Below are positions 27,601 through 38,227 of a stretch of DNA of 64,000 nucleotides, one piece after another. Both the position numbers and the translations under genes were made by a program. Every line of letters starts with the position of its first letter. The first letter of the stretch is position 1. The notes beneath the pieces were generated by a model. The model saw only the letters and a list, made by a program, of their open reading frames with translations. It had not been told where the DNA came from and did no database searches. Source of the DNA: Selaginella moellendorffii (lineage: Eukaryota > Plantae > Lycopodiophyta); the NCBI RefSeq assembly GCF_000143415.4, contig NW_003314381.1:186001-250000 (forward strand). The letters are read 5' to 3'.

Positions 27601-28251
27601 GAACCGTACGCTTGGGAACTCCTCCAGCCCGGACTCCTGGAGTCCTGGGCCAGCAGCTCCGAGAAGCTTGGAGAGACGATCAAGCCACGGCTGCTATGTT
27701 CGTCGCCAGCCCCGCCAGCTCCACCATCCCCGGGAGCTCCTCCAAGCAGCTCTCCTCGATCGGGCAGCTGAGAAAGGCGGCGATCGAGCGGACCACCTGA
27801 GAAGCTCCAGCGGCGCGAGGCCTCACAGCACACCGATAGCCTGTACGACATATGGGGGGATCACTTTGGAGAGATCTCCAGCACGCTGTCCACGCCCATA
27901 GGCAGCCCCGGCCACTACACGCCTCATGCCACGGACCAGTCACTCTTCTCGCGCACTCTTCCAGCCATCTCCAGCGCCGCCGCCAGCCACTATGGGTTCC
28001 AGGAGGAGAAGCTCGCTTGGTCCGCCGCCACCACGGCCACCACGGCCACCACCGCCACCACCGCCACCTCCACCACCACCATCGACAGCGGCGACGAGAA
28101 AGACGATTCTCTGAGCTCGGAAGAACTGGCCAATGCTTGGAATTTGCTTGGCTTCTCTCCGGTGGACGCGTACGCCGAGCCACCATCGCCGCCGCCACCG
28201 ATCTTCCTCGAGTGGAACGCGGAGTCGATATACACCACCATTGTCTCGTAG
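24613..28251 (+). CDS. TMEM131-like membrane protein; the join to the last coding segment is uncertain
   Basis: Signal peptide; Ig-like segments with VVFLPR, ILFQTSAGG, FVKNNFTGLEW; intron 25855-25922; TM helix; Ser-rich tail. The family motif YDIWGDHF at 27844 lies in a separate open frame, 27772-28251. Confidence 0.78.
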
Positions 28252-28663
28252 CTACAAAGCTAGCTCCTCGAGGGGTCATATAGATCACTCCAATGTAATG
28301 TAAAGACAATATATTCGATCGATGATTTCAAAGAGCTAGACCTCTGGTGGATGGACGAGCTTGGCAGATCTTTCCTCCGAAAGAAAAGAAGCTTGCAATC
28401 ATTGGCAAGAATGCCTAGAAGAGGTGTATCTTCCAAAAGTTTGTTTGGACGAATCTACAAGAACACGCTCGTCATACAAACAAAACAAAACAAAAGGAGA
28501 GAAAGAAAGACAAACACTTACATTTCTTCCACGATCGTAGTTTCGCGCCATCCAAGCTCGAACTCTGGAAAAGGAACTTAGAAGAAGTTTTCGCGCTCTC
28601 AAAGTTCCAAAGCTTCCATCCCCGGCCGTGCTCGATCGAGTGAATGATCACACACTGCCAGTG

Positions 28664-30211
28664 TCAAGCAATGGAGTGGCGAAAGCTCCTGTGCGCCAAG
28701 TCGTCCGCGCAGTCGGGCCCCTGGTCCACGTACCACTTCTCCGCGTCTGGATAGAAGCCATCCACGGGCATCCCCGCGAGCGAGCTATCATCCGCCTCGC
28801 TCAGCGCTCCACACTCCTTGGGCCTCTGCTCGTAAGCCGGCGGCGAGGGAGCTTTCGTCGGGCTCTTGTTGTGGACGATCTTCTTCGCAGCCTTTCTTCG
28901 TTTCTGGAGCGAATCCATCACGTCGCTTGCAAACTCTGGCTTATCCTTCCCCAGGCTTTCCTGCCATGCGTCAAACACAGGCACGATCGCAAGCCTGTCG
29001 TCCCCCCTGTCCGAGCTCATCGAAGCCTTGAGCTTGAGGCTCACGCTCTGGAGCTCCTGCCCGATGCTACCGAGCGACTCGAAAGGTATCCGCGTGATCC
29101 TTCCCTCGAGAGAAGCCAGCTCCGCTCGCAGCTCACGAACTTTCCTCAGAGCCGACGCATGCGCTTCCTCCGTCACCTTCTCCAGCAGCAGCCCCGACAC
29201 CTCCGTCATGTTGGTCGAATCGATCAGCTGGTTTATCACCATCCCGGTGGACTCCTGCGGGCCGGGATCATGCCCCGAGTGGACAGGATACAGCTTGAAC
29301 GTCGCGGACCCTTCCTCCTGGTACGTGAAACTCTTGTCCTTGTAGCTGTAGTTCGTGATGGGAACGATCGCCCGGATGCGAAAGCCGCAGCCGCAGCGAT
29401 TAGAGATGAACTTGTTGTTGGTTTTTTTCTTCCCGGTCTTCTTCACGTTTGGCTCGCCGGCGCGGTGGCAGCAGTAGTCCTTCACCTCGGCTAGAAACGG
29501 CTTGTAGCGGATGTACTTCTGGCGGATGCAAAGTATCACCTTGTACTTGGCGGCGAGCTGCTGGAGCCGGTGCGGCACGTCCTTGGCGAGGAGCTCCATC
29601 GTCTCGGTGTACTCGAACCTCCTCCTCTTGTGGAGGCCATTGTGATCGCCCTCCGAGTTGCAAACCGGGCAGGCCGAGACGCAAACTCTCACGTACGACT
29701 CTGGAATGCCGTAGAACTTGGCACCCACCGTCCACACCTGCTTGATCCGGTCGATGGTGTCTTTCAATCCCAGGTGCTTGAGATCCGCGTCGGCGTGGAA
29801 GCCCTGGACGATCTCCTGCCACTGGTCGATGTAGGGGACGAACTGCTGAGGATTGCTCTTGAAGTAGAGGAGCTCGTTGCCGTGCTCGTCCACCTGTGCG
29901 TGGAGCTTGTCCTGGATCCTCTTCCACCCGGTTTGATACGCCGTGTCCTCGTGCCGGTCCTTCCACACCGCTCGCCAGGAGGAGAGAATGGAGGTCGGGG
30001 TGGCGAGCTTGATCTCCTCCGGGTGGGCGTAGCGCTTGGCGAGCACGCACTGGACCATGAGCTGGTGTGACGCGCGATTGAATGTGTAGAACTGCGTGGA
30101 GACGAATGGCTCCGGGTCGACGACTATGGCGGAGATGATCTGACCTTCGTCGCCCTCGAACTCCGGCTCCGAGAAGAGCTCTTGCTGCGTGTCCGGCGCC
30201 ATGGACGCCAT
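28664..30211 (-). CDS. Intronless uncharacterised protein with an integrase-type H2C2 zinc-binding motif and a FAR1/WRKY-GCM1-like zinc finger
   Basis: About 515 open codons with strong GC3 bias. FHADADLKHLG...GIPESYVRVCVSACPVC; YCCHRAGEP...SNRCGCGFRIRA...VHSGH; coiled-coil C-terminal half. Confidence 0.85.
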   Translation of the reverse strand: MASMAPDTQQELFSEPEFEGDEGQIISAIVVDPEPFVSTQFYTFNRASHQLMVQCVLAKRYAHPEEIKLATPTSILSSWRAVWKDRHEDTAYQTGWKRIQDKLHAQVDEHGNELLYFKSNPQQFVPYIDQWQEIVQGFHADADLKHLGLKDTIDRIKQVWTVGAKFYGIPESYVRVCVSACPVCNSEGDHNGLHKRRRFEYTETMELLAKDVPHRLQQLAAKYKVILCIRQKYIRYKPFLAEVKDYCCHRAGEPNVKKTGKKKTNNKFISNRCGCGFRIRAIVPITNYSYKDKSFTYQEEGSATFKLYPVHSGHDPGPQESTGMVINQLIDSTNMTEVSGLLLEKVTEEAHASALRKVRELRAELASLEGRITRIPFESLGSIGQELQSVSLKLKASMSSDRGDDRLAIVPVFDAWQESLGKDKPEFASDVMDSLQKRRKAAKKIVHNKSPTKAPSPPAYEQRPKECGALSEADDSSLAGMPVDGFYPDAEKWYVDQGPDCADDLAHRSFRHSIA

Positions 30212-30314
30212 CGCCACGGACCTAATTTCGATAGAACCCTAAACTCTCCTCCCTGAGATTTCCAGCTCCACAGCCTTAGATCATCGCCATCGCGCCTGCC
30301 AGGCACCTGGATCC

Positions 30315-31880
30315 TTAGATTATCGCAATCGCGCCTAGACACCGCCAATCCAGTGGATCCGGCACGAACGGCATGCTCTCCAGCAGATCCCTCGCGCCCG
30401 CGAGGTATTTCGCGCGGCCCAGCGCATCGATCACGCAGCAGTGGTGCTGCCTCGTCGGCTGGAGCGCGTAATCCACGGTCATCGACCGGAAGCACGCCCT
30501 GGCGCGACTGAAATCTCCAACCCGGCTACACGCCGCAAGGACGCAGCTGAAGGAAGTGTCCCTGGGATCGATAGCCATCGCCGGGAGCGCGAAGAAGAGA
30601 TCGATCGCGTCGAGAGATCTCCCGCCGTGGAGGAGCGCCGCCAGCATTGCGTTCCAGGAATCCACATTGTGGCCAGGCATCCGCAAGAACAGGGTTTTCG
30701 CCTCTCGAATATGCCCGTTCCGAGAATATGCCGTCAGCATTGCTATCCAGGAGACGAGATTCCTTTCCTCCATTCTATCAAACGCGAGCTTCGCGTCGGC
30801 AAGACGCCCTTCCTGGGCAAATGCGTGAATCGCTGTCGTCCACGTATAAACATCTCTTTCCTTCATTTTTTTAAAGGTATCTCTTGCACAGTCGGAGTGC
30901 TGGTTATTGGTATATGCCGCGAGTAGCACGTTTTGGGCGATGAGATTCCCATCGCTCAGGCAAAGGGCATCTTCTAGATGCCCATTTGAGGCATATGCTG
31001 CAAGCATAGCATTTCTAGATATGGCATTTTCCTCCGGGCAAGAGTCGAATATTCGTTTGGCTTGCTCTACGCGGCCAGCTAAGCTGTAAGCGTTGAGCAT
31101 TGCAGTGTGTGCCACGACGTTTCTCTCCAGCATGGAAGAGAATATGCTCTTGGCATCCTCGAGATGCCCTTCCCGGGCATACGCGACTATCGCGGCCGTT
31201 GATGAGAAGATGTTTTGCTCTGGCATTTTGGAAATTAGGGTTCTTGCGTCGCGCAGGTGCCCGGCGGTAGCCAGGGCTTCCAGGAGGATCGTGAAGGAGA
31301 CGATGTCACGCCGCGGCATGGCTCTAAACAGGTACTCGGCCTCGTCGACGCAGCCGGATCGAGCAGCCGCCGCGAGCATCGCATTCCAGGAGACGACATT
31401 TCGCTCCGGCATGGATTCAAAGGCGCGCCGCGATTTCTCCAGGATCCCCGGATGATCGCCGCAAATGATCATCGCGGTCCAGCACACGATGTCGCGCTCG
31501 GGCAGGGAATCAAAGAGCTCCCAGGCGGCGGCGGCGTGGCCGGACTGGGCGAATTCTCGCAGCATCGCGGTGCTGGACACGAGGCAGTGCTCGGGCATGG
31601 AATCGAAGACGCGCTTGGCATCGGCGGCGCCATGGGCTCGCGCCAGGCAGCACAGCAGCATCGACCAGGAGATCAGATTCCTCTCGCGCATCGCCTGGAA
31701 GAGATCCTGGGCGTCGCGCAGATGCCCGTGCTCGGCAAATGCGGCAAGCATCGCGTTCCACGACACAAGATCGTGCTCGGGCATTCGATCGAAGAGATCC
31801 TTTGCGCGATCCAAGTGGCCAGCGCGTGAGAGGGCAGTGATCATCGCGGTCTGGGACCTGAGGGAAAGGCTTGGCTCCAT
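30315..31880 (-). CDS. PLS-class PPR protein with tandem short repeats, ending inside the E domain (no DYW)
   Basis: Repeated FDRMPE-x-VSWNAMLAA units; C-terminus HHCCVIDALGRA...SMPFVPDPLDW. Confidence 0.9.
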   Translation of the reverse strand: MEPSLSLRSQTAMITALSRAGHLDRAKDLFDRMPEHDLVSWNAMLAAFAEHGHLRDAQDLFQAMRERNLISWSMLLCCLARAHGAADAKRVFDSMPEHCLVSSTAMLREFAQSGHAAAAWELFDSLPERDIVCWTAMIICGDHPGILEKSRRAFESMPERNVVSWNAMLAAAARSGCVDEAEYLFRAMPRRDIVSFTILLEALATAGHLRDARTLISKMPEQNIFSSTAAIVAYAREGHLEDAKSIFSSMLERNVVAHTAMLNAYSLAGRVEQAKRIFDSCPEENAISRNAMLAAYASNGHLEDALCLSDGNLIAQNVLLAAYTNNQHSDCARDTFKKMKERDVYTWTTAIHAFAQEGRLADAKLAFDRMEERNLVSWIAMLTAYSRNGHIREAKTLFLRMPGHNVDSWNAMLAALLHGGRSLDAIDLFFALPAMAIDPRDTSFSCVLAACSRVGDFSRARACFRSMTVDYALQPTRQHHCCVIDALGRAKYLAGARDLLESMPFVPDPLDWRCLGAIAII

Positions 31881-33137
31881 TCTTAGTCTCTGACGACCGA
31901 GGCGCGAATTTAAGTGATCTATATATGGTTTAACCACCAGGATTGGAATTTAGGAGGAATTGGGTGACATAGGAGGGTGGAGACAATCATCTGGGCAGTT
32001 TATTTAAATCCCTCATGATTCTTGCTTCTCATGCTTTTTGGGTGGCACTACAAACCATGTAAACAAAATATGAATGATGAATGAGTGAATTTATACCATT
32101 GCATCAAGGACTCCAACTATTATCCTGGCATGGTATGTTACCGACTTAATTATGGCAAGATTTAAGATGGCATCACAGAAACCTAAAATGACGTGAGCTA
32201 TCTTTCTGTCTAGGCTTAGCCCATTTAACTCGATCTAGCCATTGGTAGGCGTTAGATTGAATTACAACTGCCAGGTTCTCCAGAACCCAAGTTCTGGAGA
32301 ACCCTCTCATCCTCAAATAACATTATGCTTTCACCATATTGTTAAGGCCATTCCTCGGTCATGGGCTCACTCGTTCCCTCCAAAACACTGGTCGCCCTAC
32401 CTGGGAACTCCTTCATCAACACAAGTACATTGCTTATTTATCAGTGACAGATGTGCTCACATTCAGAACCTAAGCACTAATATAACATACAACTACTTAA
32501 AGGAGACAGATTCACTCATTGAATATTGGAGCACCATATAGGATGCTAATACCATATGGAATGGTGGATGCAGACTTAACAGGGGATTTAGATGATAGGT
32601 GATCTACAACTGAGTACATTTTTTAAAAGTTTTCTAATGCTGTTGTTCCTGGCACAGTTAGAAACAATGAAGAGTGGCATTCTCAATATGTGAAGCTGAG
32701 TACTATGTAGTGACAGAAGCTACCAAAGAAGGACTTTAGATTTGGAAACTCTTTTGAGACATCAGTCTTGAAATTCAAGCACCAACAAACATCTACAATG
32801 ATAACATGGCATGCTTGTAGTCCATTCTGAATGTAGCTATAATGATAAGAGGAAAAATCCAACACTAGGAACTTCTACGCCTTCAAGAATTGTTTCCAAT
32901 ACATCATGGGAGGAACAAGCCATTCGATATGTTCCACGCCCTCATTTGTGACAGGATTCAACATGGTTTCAGATTTGCTCATAAAGATTACACTCACTAA
33001 ACAATTCAGGATTTGGCAACCAAGATTATTTATTCAATCTCCAAAATCAGATGAGGGGAGTGTTGGAGCCGAATCAATATAGGATGTATATAGTCTTAGG
33101 GTTTCAATTCATTTTATCACTCCAATGCTCAGAGATT

Positions 33138-33321
33138 CAAGGTTTTCAGAGATGACATTATTAAGAAAGACTTCATCAACCTGTACACTAAGTTTAACTT
33201 CAACCAAGCCGACCAAGTGTTCTAGGATATCTCACCAGACATGGCTTCCTGGAACTCGATTATGCTCTGCTCGAACGCTAGAGCTGTTCCTTGAGATGCA
33301 GCTACAAGGAATTGCCCTAGA
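33138..33321 (+). pseudogene. Degenerate inverted copy of part of the neighbouring PPR gene (38607-38819)
   Basis: Nucleotide match GGTTTT-AGAGA-GAC...CTTCATCAACCT...GCCGACCAAGTGTTC...GAGCTGTTCCT-GAGATGCAGCT, with small deletions and C>T/G>A changes. Confidence 0.8.
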
Positions 33322-33977
33322 AGTAGTCTTCAACCAGCCCTAATTTATATAGTCGCGAACTGAAGACGTGGCCTTAAACTGAGAAGCAGATGATGACGTG
33401 TCTTCCAAGCGAAATCCAATGCCTGAAAACTTAGGAGGATTTTGTTCTTCGACGCTAAATGCGACGATAGACAAGGAGTTGGAACGAGAGGAACAACGCC
33501 ACGCAGTGGAAGACTCAAGTTGTTTGGGCGAAGTTCGAGACGATGACGAAAGCTGGGTGTCTTACTGGATAGAGTGCGTGTGGGAAGAGACGAGTGTCTG
33601 AGCTCGTCTGCATTGCAATACGATTTAGTGAGTGCTAAGGACGATGCTGGAGCTGGAATATCACCCACTGTTAAAGTCTGGAGCGCAATGTGCTGATGAC
33701 GCTCAGCTCGCTAGGTTTGCCAGTGCGTTGCGGAGCGAGGAATGATCTGCAGAGAAAGATGGAAGTTCAAAGCTCACGAAACATAGCAACTACTGGTTCC
33801 GGCTGCACTGAAAGGAAAGAGGCTGCTTCAACAGTAGGAGAAAAACTTGCCTCAAGGAAAGAAAAACTTGAAACTCTCCCTGTTGTGACTGCTGAAAGAG
33901 AAGACTCGACCAGAAAAAACAGAAAACCTCACAAACATAGAACAACCACTTCATGATACGGGAGCAGCACTCAACGC

Positions 33978-34130
33978 TTGGGCAACTTGGAGCGAGCAGA
34001 GCAACTCTGGGAGCTCATGTCAGCAGAGGCAGGAGTGGAGCTCGCTGTTGTCTCGTGTAACACCTTGATCAATGGATATTTCGAGGCCGGGGACAACGAG
34101 CAAGCGCTGGCCGTCTTCTTACAACACGCT
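33978..34130 (+). pseudogene. P-type PPR gene fragment
   Basis: GNLERAEQLWELM...VVSCNTLINGYFEAGDNEQALAVF; no intact continuation. Confidence 0.6.
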
Positions 34131-34629
34131 TGTCAAGGTTTACGGACGATGACAGCTGATCCTTCTCTGGAGAGAGATAAACACTCGATCAGCGGACGAA
34201 GACAGAGACAAACCTTGGTGGTGGGAGCCGGATGCGGCGCTGCATGACAGCCTCATCGACTAATTCGTGCGAGGGGGATATTTTCAGCTGGTGGACTGCA
34301 TGGATCGGCAGGGAATCTACACGGGGCGAGCCAAGGCCAAGTACAAGCGATAGCTTTATGCAAACCTTTACACCATCCGAGAGGAGAAAGGCCAAGACGG
34401 CCGAGAGGAGACGCGCAGTGGAGGCGTTTATGTTCTGGGTGGGAACCCTTTCGAGTAAGAAAATCACAAGCTTACTTGGAAATCCTTGGAGATGAGGACG
34501 GGCAACGAAAGAAAATTAGATATCTTTGGAAAATCTCACCTGGAGGTTTTATCAGCTACGAGACGATGGAATATCTCACCTGGATGATGAGACGATGTAG
34601 CTCCGATCCTTGAGTGCTACATTGTCCCT

Positions 34630-35239
34630 GGTAGATCTTGGAGTGTCATCAAGGATTTGTTGACGTGCGTTCCTTTTTCGAGACGAACACCAGCAGCCTC
34701 CGAGCCTGCAAGATCTTTGAAAAACAAACAGCTTACCAAAAAACGATTTTTAAGAGGGTAATCCATCGTCTCGACCGTCGTTTCTTTTGTCCCTGCTTTC
34801 AATTACCTGTTACAAATATTACCTTCTCCAAATCAAAGACCTGATCTGGACTGCTCACAATCTCTTCACTTTTCAGTGAAGCCTAGATCAAATATCACGG
34901 ATTTTTCATGTATCCGAAGCTTCAGGAGCAAGCAAGTCGTTGATTTCTTCCTCGTACATTCCCATGTGTATCTGCGAAGATATGTTCCACAAAAAACACA
35001 ATTATTTGGTACTGAAAACGTCGCAGAGCACAATGACCCACGGATTGTATAGGTTTTGCCACTGCCATAAGCAAAACAAAAACGAAACTCCTGAATCCTT
35101 GAAGCCCAGATGAAACGAGATCCTTGGCATGGATTTCATACCACACTCGCGTTGGTCGAACATGTAGGATTGACCCAGCGCAAGAGCGCCGAGCGCATGC
35201 GATCGTTCTAGCGCCCCATGCCAGTGCGGCGGCGCTCAC
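34630..35239 (-). pseudogene. Kinesin-7 (CENP-E-like) motor-domain pseudogene
   Basis: Collinear remnants in shifting frames: YEIHAKDLVSSGLQGF, FAYG-SGKTYTIRG (P-loop with a small deletion), YEEEINDLLAPE, EEIVSSPDQV, DLAGSE, THVNKSLMTL. Confidence 0.85.
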
Positions 35240-35412
35240 CCGGATCGACCGAAATCATCTGGCCTTTTCTGTGGATCGATAGAAAACTCCAGACCGCTCT
35301 TCCTCTAGGCGCGCGTTTTATGAATTGCGGAGGAATTGCCTGTCGAGGGTAAAAGGTGATTGCTTCATGGTAAAACAAAGATAGGAGTTTCGTCAGCTTG
35401 TCAAGATTAAGA

Positions 35413-35485
35413 GCCGGCCTAGCTCAGCTGGTAGAGCGCAAGGCTCTTAACCTTGTGGTCGTGGGTTCGAGCCCCACGGCCGGCG
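35413..35485 (+). tRNA. tRNA-Lys (anticodon CTT)
   Basis: GCCGGCC-TAGCTCAGCTGGTAGAGC-GCAAGG-CTCTTAA-CCTTG-TGGTC-GTGGG-TTCGAGC-CCCAC-GGCCGGC-G; full cloverleaf, A and B boxes, T-run downstream. Confidence 0.96.
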
Positions 35486-35799
35486 AAACCAAAGCTATGC
35501 CATTGTTTCAGTTTTGCTCGTTTGAAAAATCTTTCATGATCCACAGAGTTTGCGGCTTGGAAAGTTTCTTGAGCTATGGGGATCTTCCGTAAGAAGATGC
35601 AGATATAACGCGCAGCAATTCGTCTACGCTGGCTGTATGGAAACCCAGAGGCCGAGGTAGAGGCACTCGGCTCCTGGAGGCCGAGAACTTGCTTGAGGTG
35701 AGGCAGATATGCGTGATCCTCTGCAAGCAAACCCACACCCCAGACAACTGGGAACCCAAGAACGTGACAGCCCAGGCGTTTGGAAAGTGGGGTGGCGTG

Positions 35800-36150
35800 G
35801 AGGAAGCCTGCCGCCAAGTCTTGGCATTCCGGGCAATCTTGGAGGCCTACATGAACAACGGGCATTTGGAGCCCTCGAGCAAAGTCGTCGTGGTGGATCC
35901 AGATGATGGCAGCCTACACTCGCTACGGCAAGGTGGCGGAAGTGAGCGAGGTCTACAAAGAAGGCCCTGGGGTGGAGCTTGCTGCTGATTGCGTAGGCGA
36001 GAAACGGGCTGGTCGACATGAGGCCAACGAGATGTTCCAGATCGTGGATTCCACGCTCGCGCAGGCAATGTGGCGGCAGCAAAGGAGCTGTTCGATTCCA
36101 TGGCCGCCAGGTCTTCCGGGAGCTGGAACTCGCTCGCGCGGGCATATGCG
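35800..36150 (+). pseudogene. PLS-PPR gene fragments
   Basis: AILEAYMNNGHL, MMAAYTRYGKVAEV and AAKELFDSMAARSSGSWNSLARAYA in different frames. Confidence 0.6.
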
Positions 36151-36579
36151 GCGCTGCCCAGCCATTCGTGTAGTGTTTCTCGAGCTGGACAAGGGGCTCG
36201 CTGGTCAAGAAGTTGCCTAGTGTCTTTGACTGATGATTTTATTTGTGATCATAAAGAAGTTCAGCCTTCCCATTCTAAGGTGGACATTTTTTTTTTATCT
36301 GTAAGCTTTTCTTTTTAGCCTTCTCTCGACGATGATCTTAAGAAGAGAGATGAAACCCGAGAGAATCAAACGAGAGGTCACAGATAGTCAATGTAGTTGT
36401 GAGGGAAGCGAAATTTCCATAACTTCGAGAATTTTTGGAAGCTCTTCTCCAAGAAGAAAATGAAGAAGACCGATGTGTACAGGATTCACAGATCAAAACT
36501 TTAAGATGGAGTCCTCAGCCTGGGAGAGTTCATAGAGAAAGAAACCTTCTCTCATTTGTGTTTTACTTTTCTAGATGGG

Positions 36580-36970
36580 AGCTCTACTACGGTCCAAAGA
36601 GCAACAAGAAATTAAACGTGACCTTGAAAATGATACTGTTGCTGCTGGTATAAGGTACAAGCTTTTCGATGAATGTTTTGCTTTGCTAATTCCTCTGTCA
36701 TGATGTTTGTCTTGCCGCAGGAAGAACAGCAAACTAGTAGGGGGAAATCCAAGGATGTGAAGGTTCCACTACATCTGGAACTTTAACCTTCAATTAACTT
36801 TTCTGATATGTATTTGCAGGTCTCTGTAAACTTTGGCCAAAATCAATTTGTTTTCGATGTGGAGGTAAGTTGAGGCTTGTATCGTCTACATCTAAATCTT
36901 CTTAAGGGTCTGCCAGGATTTGATTTTTAAAGGAACACGAGAAGCATCAGGCAGAAGTGGAAAACATTCC
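36580..36970 (+). pseudogene. RanBPM-like SPRY-domain gene fragment with introns
   Basis: YGP...NDTVAAGI; KNSKLVG...KDVKVPL; VSVNFGQNQFVFDVE followed by a GT donor. Confidence 0.6.
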
Positions 36971-37812
36971 AGCATTGTGCCTGGATACTTGCTACATTCA
37001 AAAAACTTGGCAAGCTCGTCACTAGCTTCTTGAGCGTGAAAGTTTGCCGCAGAGAAAGGTCTCAAGCTTCTCGTGGTGTGCATGTTTGGCCCTCTCTTGC
37101 ATCAAACCCTCAACATTAGTAGCAAATATCTGAAGGAAGTTGTAGAGGTTTCTTTGGTTTCCTCATGCAAACAAAATGTCTTGTTTGTGATGATCGGAAT
37201 CCTCTGCTAGGTTCTTACATTCCTCTAGTGGACGTATGAGATGGTGCAAAATCTCACATTTTGGCAAAATGAGAGTGCTTTGGGGCGCTACTTTTGCATT
37301 GCACAGAGCGAGTGAGTTTTGTATTTTGTTTTTCTTTTCCTTTTTTTTAGGAAAAATAGGTTCACGCATTTTTAACGTCCATCTAGATCCAAATAGTTAA
37401 CAATTGACAAAATAAAACAAATGGAAATCATCGGCTCATCATAGTCAATACCTGCTCATTGTTTATAACACTAACCATGCTTAATACCTCTCAATTCCTC
37501 CAGTTTCCTGATATTGAAGCTTGTGTATCTGGCCCTGTTGGTACAAATTCTAGAGGAACCAGGATTCATGAGTTGTTCTCTAGTTGAGCAGTGTACTCTC
37601 TGCTCTTATTGCACATCTCTTGGGTCCCATCAATGCTGCTTGAAGAGTAGCAGGTTCGTGAATAGCTTATGCGGCGTGAGCATGATACTGAAGAATTTTC
37701 CCTGTTGGTTTTCACATCAGGTGTGAGATCGTCCATTAAATGTGTGTTATAGCTAGTGTCTTCGAAAGAATGTACCATATCTTTTGCACAGCTGAAGTGC
37801 TGGTTCTTGGTC

Positions 37813-37943
37813 TATGCCACGAGTAGAGCGTTTTGGACGACAAGATTCCCATCGCTCATAGCTAAACTGTAAGCACTCAGTGATTTCTCTCCAGCATGGA
37901 GGAGAATATTCTCTCGGCCCATCCCGGGCATACGCGACTATCG
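37813..37943 (-). pseudogene. Internally deleted direct copy of part of the first PPR gene (30913-31193)
   Basis: Shared blocks TATGCC-CGAGTAG, AGATTCCCATCGCTCA, TTTCTCTCCAGCATGGA and TCCCGGGCATACGCGACTATCG, in the same order. Confidence 0.8.
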
Positions 37944-38227
37944 TGGGCGCGCCACCTGCTAGATGGACGAGGTGAACCATTACGCAAATTCACTCATGTT
38001 CGTTTCCATACAGATCTATTTCTAGTATTGTAGTCCTTGATTCATTTATCATGGCAGAACTGAAGCTAACAATGGTGTCGAAAGAGTCTCAAGATTAGAT
38101 CCAGGTAATTTTCTTGTTCCCAGAGGGATTCCATCATATCTCCAACGCTCTCGCCCCTACAAAGAAAACGCTTTGAACGAAAGTAAAAAAAAGCAAAACT
38201 GGGCACCGCTAAACGTTGACCTGTCTT

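Noticed and set aside
27852-28283. His/Arg-rich 143-aa ORF and Pro-rich overlapping ORFs
   Set aside because: Alternative-frame readings of a CCA/CCG repeat; the frame with YDIWGDHF is the supported one.
28628-29494. 288-aa plus-strand ORF and other long antisense ORFs over GC-rich genes (PPRs, RER, TMEM131)
   Set aside because: Shadow ORFs expected from high GC3 on the opposite strand; no recognisable motifs.
34520-34600. Short direct repeats (ATCTCACCTGGA x2, GAGACGATG x2) as a CRISPR-like array
   Set aside because: Only two units, irregular spacing, eukaryotic context, no cas genes.
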